Assembly (NCBI GenBank): GCA_964016885.1
Contig: OZ024752.1
Span: 2,170,001-2,234,000, forward strand
DNA length: 64,000 nt
Origin: Eledone cirrhosa
Taxonomy: Eukaryota
Direction of reading: 5' to 3'
The translations under genes and the position numbers were made by a program. Positions 56,222 through 64,000 of the stretch are shown one piece after another (position 1 is the stretch's first letter; each line of letters begins with the position of its first letter). The notes beneath the pieces are model-generated. The model made no database searches. It was not told the origin of the DNA and worked only from the letters and a program-made list of their open reading frames with translations.

Positions 56222-57814
56222 CTTATGGTCAATAACTGCATCGTCTGCTTGCCTTTTTTTATAATTTGTCACATTCTTTTTTAAGAAATTATAACTCTAA
56301 AAAGCGGAATGTTGATTTTCCTCTGATGCAGTAGTTTTCAATTTCTTAAATCTTCAGTCGATAATATAGAGGCGAACACTTTGCAGTTAATTATATATTT
56401 ACCAGTCAGAAAATAACATTTCTGTTTGCCTGATAAAACTCCCCGAAACATTAAATGTTGATACACATTCTCGCTGCTACGTTGTGCTGTTTGTCGAAAC
56501 CATAAATATTTGGAAAACTTCATGCATACCGATATCCTATTTATTTCATTTTTGTCATTGCTTTCTAATGTACATGACATTCAAGTGTTATTCCAATATG
56601 TATAAGCTAACAGTTTAACTTACACATCTTTCCGAAGCAATTTATTTCAAACTTTGTCCAATACATGATATCGATTCAAAATAATAATAATAACAATAAT
56701 TTACTAACCCTGTTATGTTTGCTGACATTAGTAATGCATATTTAACCACAAGTTTCTCAATATACCCTTTATTTCAGTTATAATCATCATAATCTACTTG
56801 TAAAAAAAGGTGTTTTACGAATATTTGTTAATTTAAACACGTATTTTCCTTAAATGATGCTCCATTTTACATGTTCTATAGACACTATTTACGAGATTAT
56901 ATATACTCACAATGTTGTGTCGTATTTACCTCATGTTTCTCATATATTTATTTCGTTTATCGTTTTCCGGTTATCATAAACTTACCGATTTCATCGCAAT
57001 ATAATAAAACAAGCTTGTTCTCTCTAAGGATTTCTTATTTTCCATTTATTGACTTTGAGAAACGGAAGCCACCGAAACATTTTAAAGTAGAAATACTCTT
57101 ACAGATGGATCGCATTTCTGTTGAACAGTAACGTTGTTTATATATAATTACAAAAGTAAATAGTGATAAATATGAGACGCTAAACAAAAGTATAGCTGAC
57201 TTATAAAGTGGGGCAACATCTGATAGAGCTATTTTTTATTTCATTCGTTGTTGAATTGTTTCGAAATGTAAACATAATGAAGTACAAGTGCGGAGCAATA
57301 AAATTAGAATATGAATATCAAAAGATAAATGAGTTTTTTTGTATGGCTTTGACAGAAGACAACGGGCAGCACTCAGGTTGATTTCCAATGCATCTTTGTA
57401 TAACATGAGTAAAGGGGAAAATGTTAATCAGACTGAAGTGTGTGCTATGATAAATGCATCAAAAGCTGATAGGGTGGAATAAATTCTTCAAATAAATTCA
57501 CTCCTAAAGTTTTAATCAAAACGAATAAAATGCTATAAAGAAATCATTCCTTAGACAGTAATGCCAGTACATAGATTCTCTGATTTAGAACTCAGGATCC
57601 TTGAGCTAGTAGTTCATTAGAAAATCAACTGGAATATGACGTTTAGTTCAGAAACCAGTAAAGATAAAGATTAACATTAAACCTTAATGCAGATTCTTCT
57701 AGGATCACTTCTCGCCGATTTACAGTTACAATTGTTGGCTATATATATATATATATATATATATGTAAATATATATATATATATATATATATGTAAATAT
57801 ATATATATATATGA

Positions 57815-57857
<43 letters not shown>

Positions 57858-58882
57858 ATATATATATATCAATAATCTATCTACTAGTAGTAACAGTCGA
57901 TGGATAAATTAATCGAGAAAATTTCATATTTTATTTTTATAGTATTACCTTAAGCAAAACAAATCAAAATCATTATTTACAAGTCATAAATTTTCGTTCT
58001 TCTAATTTTACTGGTATTTTATATTTCATTTTTATTTCCGATTTAAAAATCTCACACCTTCACCCATTACACCATCATTTCCAACTTCCACGTTATCAGC
58101 ATGCTTCATTGCTGCATTAATGCTAGTAATTAGTGTCTCATGAAATTCATATTAGATTGTAAACACGCAGTAATTCATCAGGGGAGGCGTTTTTACAACA
58201 TAATTCACGGAGATTTCTATCATTATCTTCTATGGTAGCTGTTGTAGAGTAAAAGATAAGCACCGGCTGAATAGAGTCCGTGACCTTTTTTTTCATACAC
58301 GGTTCATGTATTTATACTAATTTCATGCTACTAAATCCTTGAAGAAATGCAGAACGTCGTAGTATTTCATTTTTTTACGGTCAATTCTAGAATTTTCTCT
58401 TTAGGTGCGGTAACCATCATTATACGGACAGTATGAGTTGGCAACTATAGGAGAAGGAACAGTTTAAATGCTTTAATAGCAATTAATGTATCTTACAGAA
58501 AAGAGCATTCGTCATTTAATCACCTCGGGATCGATAAATATATACATTCATTGTTGCTAGTCCAAATAGTCATAATGATAGCTTGCGGTTGCATGTTTAT
58601 GTAATTTCAAGATTTTTATATTCATATTCATTTTCAAAACTGCATGAAAGATTCAACTTCCCATTTTTTTATTTTCTCTATAATAGCATATACATATGAG
58701 TAGTTTTTAGAATGGTCCTTTATTTTTGTATATATTTTAAAACTAAAAAAATTAAAAATTTGTTAATATATTGATGCATATATATCAGAAGTGTTGATAC
58801 ATAGATACCAATAATACTTTGCAACATATAACGTAGTTCATTTTCTTTTATAAAAACATCGGAATATCGATTAACCATAATC

Positions 58883-59052
58883 ATTATTTCTACTTTTGGC
58901 ACAAGGCTAGCAATTATCCAAGTTCATTACTGGTACTTTATTTTATCGACCCCGTAAGGATGAAATGTAAAGTTAACCTCGGCGGGATTTGAACTGAGAT
59001 CATAAAGGGCCGTATATTTGCTGCAAAGCATGGCGTCCGACCCTCTACCGAC
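58883..59052 (-). mobile_element. SINE (Meta/MESC-type)
   Basis: Reverse-complement copy of the 7077 family. Confidence 0.85.
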
Positions 59053-59949
59053 ATAATAATACGACATGACTTTTGTGTTTATATATATATTGCCAGTTGG
59101 TGAGTAATAATATTTTACACTACTCGGTATCTGTTTTACGTGGATTGAATAATTAGAGGGGAAATTGTGTAAGAAGATCGCCTTCTGTTTGTGATTGGCG
59201 TAATATGCAAGGTGTATATATAAAATTAAAAATACGTTTCTGTTTAACGTATTATATTCATCATAATCCCGCGTACAAATATCACATGTCTTGAACATTT
59301 AAAGATCGTCCGACATTCAAATTTACAATCAGCTTCCACTCGGGGATCGATTTGTTCACCAGATGCGATGGTCCGCCCATTCCGTTTATTTGCATTCTCC
59401 TCTATAAGTAATTGTGCATGTAACTCATGATGAAGTCGCTAAGGCCTTGCATCACATTCGGATCATAAAACCTGACCAGTGTAATATACATAGTGATTTC
59501 GAGGAATTAAAAGGTTAAAGTTATAATAATCCATATATATATAGTATGTTGACACAAGTCTACATACATATAATGTATATATTTCTCTACACATTGGTGC
59601 ACTATTGATTGCAAAGTCTCTCTGTAGCGAAATATATTTATTTTATATAAGGAGACATGTCAACATGCCAAACAAGAGTTTTCCAGGAAAGTAAAAAAAT
59701 ATGTAAACATATATTTAATCGATTTTCGGATCTAGTTGAGTTTTCCTCAGGAGATGTGTATATCATATAAATAACTACAAGGAAACAGGTATTCATGGGC
59801 TTATACACCCATTCTCTAATAGTAGTATCTAAAATAAATGTACTAATTCACTTATAGTGTTTCTGTTCGTACTTAATTAAGATATCTATTAAGATGTGCG
59901 CCAAGCAGCTTACATGCACGGTACATTTATTTACACACACTAACACATA

Positions 59950-59952
<3 letters not shown>

Positions 59953-60034
<82 letters not shown>
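59953..60034. repeat. (GA)n microsatellite
   Basis: Direct reading. Confidence 0.95.
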
Positions 60035-60038
<4 letters not shown>

Positions 60039-60926
60039 TTTTGTGTGTGTGTGTGTATTTATATCTAAATAAAGCAACTTACTAGCGTCGCTTATGAGTA
60101 ACATTGTGAAAACGTGTCAGCGAATATTAAAATACTGTGTTGCATGAGGCGGTTAAAGTATGCCGTACTATATAATATACTATCCGCTCTAAAAGTAGCA
60201 TTTAACTATAATATATCAAAGGAACAGATTCACGGATATTACCTCATGGTTTGATAAAAAAAAAAAAATCAAAGGCGTAACAATTGTTTCTAATCTTTCC
60301 CATCAAGACGTCTTCCGTCGTATTTCTTTTGAAACCGACATCATAGTATCTTTTTTTTTCTTTTCTGCCTGCTTTATGTCAATCTCGTATTGACTAGTAC
60401 TCACAAACTTCTATAACCACATAGTAACGCACATAACGTGATACAGTGGGAAAATACATTTACAAACAAGAATGTCTCATCTGTCTTCAATTTAGTCGGC
60501 TTTTTGAATCTTTAAGTATATTTATTGTATTTTTATTTGCATTCGTTTTTCTTCTCCTTCATTAATTCATTATGTATTTCTCTTTTCTATACATTTATTC
60601 ATGTCATTTTCCTTTGTCTCCATTCTCTATCAATATTTTCCTTCGGGGTGTAAATTTTGCCATTGTGTTAGATTTTTTTTTCATTTGTGTTTGATTTTTC
60701 TCTTTTTCTACCTGTCTTGCGTCAATTTCCTATTTATCTTAGAATATGTCATATATTTACATAGTTATATAGATGATTATCTACACGCACAGACACTCAC
60801 ACATAGGAACATAACCACACTTATACACTGGAAAACACAGGCACACATACACGTATATATATCTATATCTATGTATTTATGTATATATATATATACATAA
60901 TACACACACACACATATATATACAAG

Positions 60927-60982
<56 letters not shown>

Positions 60983-60998
60983 ATATATATATATATAT

Positions 60999-62613
60999 AA
61001 ACCCCTATACTTAGCTTTTGTTGACTTGGAGAATGCCTTTGACAGAGTCCCTCGCCCCATTATCTCAGAAAACTAGGTGTTGTGTTGATGAATGGCTTGT
61101 GAGAGCTTAAACAAGCCATGTATAAAGAAACAGTCAGCAAGGTTAGAATTAACAACTACTATAGTGAAGAGTTTAGCGTAAAATTGGTGTTCATCAGGGC
61201 TCCGTCCTTAGCCCCCTGTTATTTATTATTGCCCTTCAGGCTATAACAGAGGAGTTAAAGACCGGCTGCCCATGGCAACTCCTATACGCAGATGATCTAA
61301 TGCTCATAGCTGAATCAATGGCTGAACTAGAGAAGAAATTCCAAATATGGAAGCATGGCCTAGACTCAAAAGGCCTTAAAATTAACCTGTCCAAGACTAA
61401 AGTTCTAGTTTGTATGAAGGAAAATAGGGCACTGGTCCCATCTGATAAATGGCCTGCTCCGTGTGCAGGAAAGGAGTAGGCAGAAACACCATTTTATGTC
61501 CCAAATGCAAAGTATGGGTGCATAAAAGATGTAGTGGGATCACAGGTAAGCTAACTAAGAATATAGATTTTATATGTGGCCGGTGCTCAGGTGCAATACG
61601 TAACAGCAAAAGCCCACAGAATACTAGCGCATTCCATTGCACAGATGGTTCTATAGAAATAGTGGACACCTTCCGTTACCTGGGTGACAAAATCAGCAGT
61701 GGTGGAGGGTGCTCTGAAAGTACAGTAGCTAGAGTCAGAACGGGATAGAAAAAGTTAAGAGAGCTTATACCACTATTGGCCGCTAAAGGTTTCTCTCTAA
61801 AAATGAAAGGCAGGCTGTATGATGCCTGCGTACGAACAGCAATGTTACATGGCAGTGAGACCTGGGCATTGTGTGCAGATGATATACGCAGACTGGAGAG
61901 GAACGAAGCTTGCATGCTCGGTTGGATGTGTAATAGTAATATACGTGAACGGCAAAGCATAAGTGAACTAAGGGAGACATTAAGAATAAGAGGGATCACA
62001 TGTTGTTTATTCGAGAGAAGACTACGTTGGTATGGTCACGTGATGCGCATGAAAGACGACCGCTGTATAAAAAAGGTGCAGGCGATAAAAATAGACGGTA
62101 GTCACGGAGTAGGTCCCCTCAGAAAAACCTGGGACGACTTGATAAATTCAGACCTCACACACTTACATCTCTCCAAGACAATGTCACTGGACTGAGATCT
62201 TTGGCGCTACACAGTAATACAGAAGACCCGCCTTGCCTAAGTACAAAGCAAAACCTCCAGTCAGTAGGCACCTCTTAACAAACAATACATCCCCGTCCCA
62301 CCACCCCCACCTCATCCACACCACCCCTTCCGATGTAAAGTTGTGTTGGTACCACAACATCCAGTCCGAAATAAATGAGGTCGTGTAGGTGTCACGACAA
62401 AAAAATACAGTCCACGCTGTAATGTGGCCGTATAGGTAACACGGTAAAAACCTCACAGTCCACACTATAAACCTGGTTGGTGTTAGGAAGGGCATCCAGC
62501 CGTAGAAAACCCAGTCCTATACGAGCAAGACAACCAATCTTGCCTCAAGTGGGAAAATTCCCGTCCAAACCCTGCAAGCGTGGAAGATGGACGTTAAACG
62601 ATGATGATGATGA
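60999..62613 (+). mobile_element. 5'-truncated RTE-clade LINE (RT with PHD-like Cys/His insert), (TGA)n tail
   Basis: KPLYLAFVDLENAFDRVPR, VHQGSVLSPLLF, LLYADDL, CSVCRKGVGRNTILCPKCKVWVHKRCSG..ICGRC, FRYLG, KGRLY..CVR..LHGSETW, RRLRWYGHV; ends ggacgttaaacgatgatgatga; stops and frameshifts present; TA-rich flanks. Confidence 0.93.
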
Positions 62614-62656
62614 TATATATATATAAGTATATTTATATATAATAATAATAATAATA

Positions 62657-62832
62657 ATAATTGTATCTACTTTTGGCACAAGGCCACCAACTATCCCAGT
62701 GTATTACTGGTACTTTATTTTATCGTCCCCGTAAGGATGAAAGGTAATTTAACCTCGGCGGGATTTGAACTCTGAACATAAAGGGCCGTAACTCTTTGCT
62801 GCAAAGCATGGTGTCTGACCGTCTACCGATAC
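62657..62832 (-). mobile_element. SINE (Meta/MESC-type)
   Basis: Reverse-complement copy of the 7077 family. Confidence 0.85.
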
Positions 62833-62861
62833 TTGCACATAATAATAATGATAATACATTT

Positions 62862-63015
62862 ATAGCTGTGAGGTTAAAGAGTTACATGTCACTATGAGAT
62901 TTCAGGTCTACAAATGTCTGGGATGTGAGACATATTTCCTTTATTATAACCTTGGCTTGACGAAATGCTTGTGAATGAAATTCTGTAAACGAATAAATGT
63001 AAAAGCCCGTCTATA
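62862..63015 (+). mobile_element. Old octopus CORE-type SINE remnant
   Basis: tagctgtgaggttaaagag head and ..tataaccttgg..tgcttgtgaatgaaatt..aaagcccgtc tail followed by TA/TG repeats, as recalled for octopus CORE SINEs. Confidence 0.5.
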
Positions 63016-63034
63016 TTTATATACATACATACCT

Positions 63035-63038
<4 letters not shown>

Positions 63039-63124
<86 letters not shown>
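63039..63124. repeat. (TG)n microsatellite
   Basis: Direct reading. Confidence 0.95.
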
Positions 63125-63126
<2 letters not shown>

Positions 63127-64000
63127 TGTATATTCTATTGTATATTCTATTTTTCTCTTTTTCTCTCTTTGCTTTTGATCAATAGGAGTGGGGTCACCCT
63201 AACTAGCAAATACACAAACGCAAAACAAATAAAGAGAAAGCGTGTCTTTCGACGATATGAGACGATATAGCGCTGAAATAATTAAAACAGACATCTACTA
63301 AAAATTATATGCAAGAAATTTAGAGCCAATGCAGATAAATTCAATGTGAAAAAAATAAATAGCTAGGTGGAAATAAGTGTTAGTAAGCGTGTAAAAAACA
63401 TGATTGAATATGAGACAATTTTTGCCTTGATACGAAAAGAAGTAAGATGAAATCGTTTGAACATTGGATCTTTAATTGAAACGAAGAGCGTCAATGGACA
63501 CAAAAGCAAGTCGGTGTGAACTTTTTGTTGGCCAGCTAAATAAAAAACACATATGTGTAGTATTCTAAGAAGAAATTGCGTGATAATGAATAATGAAAGC
63601 GAGAAGAATCGGTAGACAAGTTGGAAGAAGGGGAACAAAAAGAAGTTGGAGAAGTATAACGTGAAGAGAGAAAGAGAAATAGCAAGAACGGGAGAGACAG
63701 TGAGATAGAGAGGAAGGTGAAAGCAGAGTGTGATATAAAGAGAAAAGTGAAATGTTGTATATTGGTAGTAGTAAGATGTTAATATATCTGTAAAAATTGC
63801 GCTGCATCGGATAATAATGTTTACATATGTTTTAGAATCAAGAGGAACAGCCATTGGAAAATCGCAGCAAATAGTCAGATAAAAACATCTCTTAACTATC
63901 AAGTCTCTGCTGGGAATCAAAACGGATTTTATGAATTATAAAGTCAGTAATGTTTATCCCAGTACACCAATTGCTTGTAAAATTAGTTCCTAGGGAATCA

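Noticed and set aside
63363-63920. 185-aa minus-strand ORF
   Set aside because: Arises from purine/pyrimidine-skewed low-complexity sequence; no domain recognised.

Overview
AT-rich eukaryotic DNA, most likely an octopod cephalopod (inferred from the SINE families and the extreme (TA)n/(CA)n/(GA)n microsatellite load). The window is almost entirely intronic or intergenic. The only candidate host coding sequence is a start-codon exon on the minus strand that runs off the left edge (ATG at 157, splice acceptor at 277-276). The rest is transposon-derived. There are at least seven Penelope-like element (PLE) copies or fragments, including a near full-length Naiad-like element (24150-27123, -) and a 5'-truncated RT/GIY-YIG ORF with no stops (49088-50386, +). 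Also present are RTE-clade LINEs, a CRE-like endonuclease fragment, a decayed putative Sola3-like transposase and about a dozen SINEs. The main result is a dense set of roughly 20 minimal type-I hammerhead ribozyme (HHR) motifs, complete or decayed, from about a dozen different repeat families. They sit in PLE 3' ends and in 460-560 bp non-coding tandem units, and one family shows a compensatory change in stem II. Nearly all of these elements lie in or next to (TA)n tracts and often form fold-back inversions. Nearly all [12 protein letters not shown] ORFs in the track are microsatellite artefacts. Coordinates were read by eye, and element ends may be off by a few to tens of bases.
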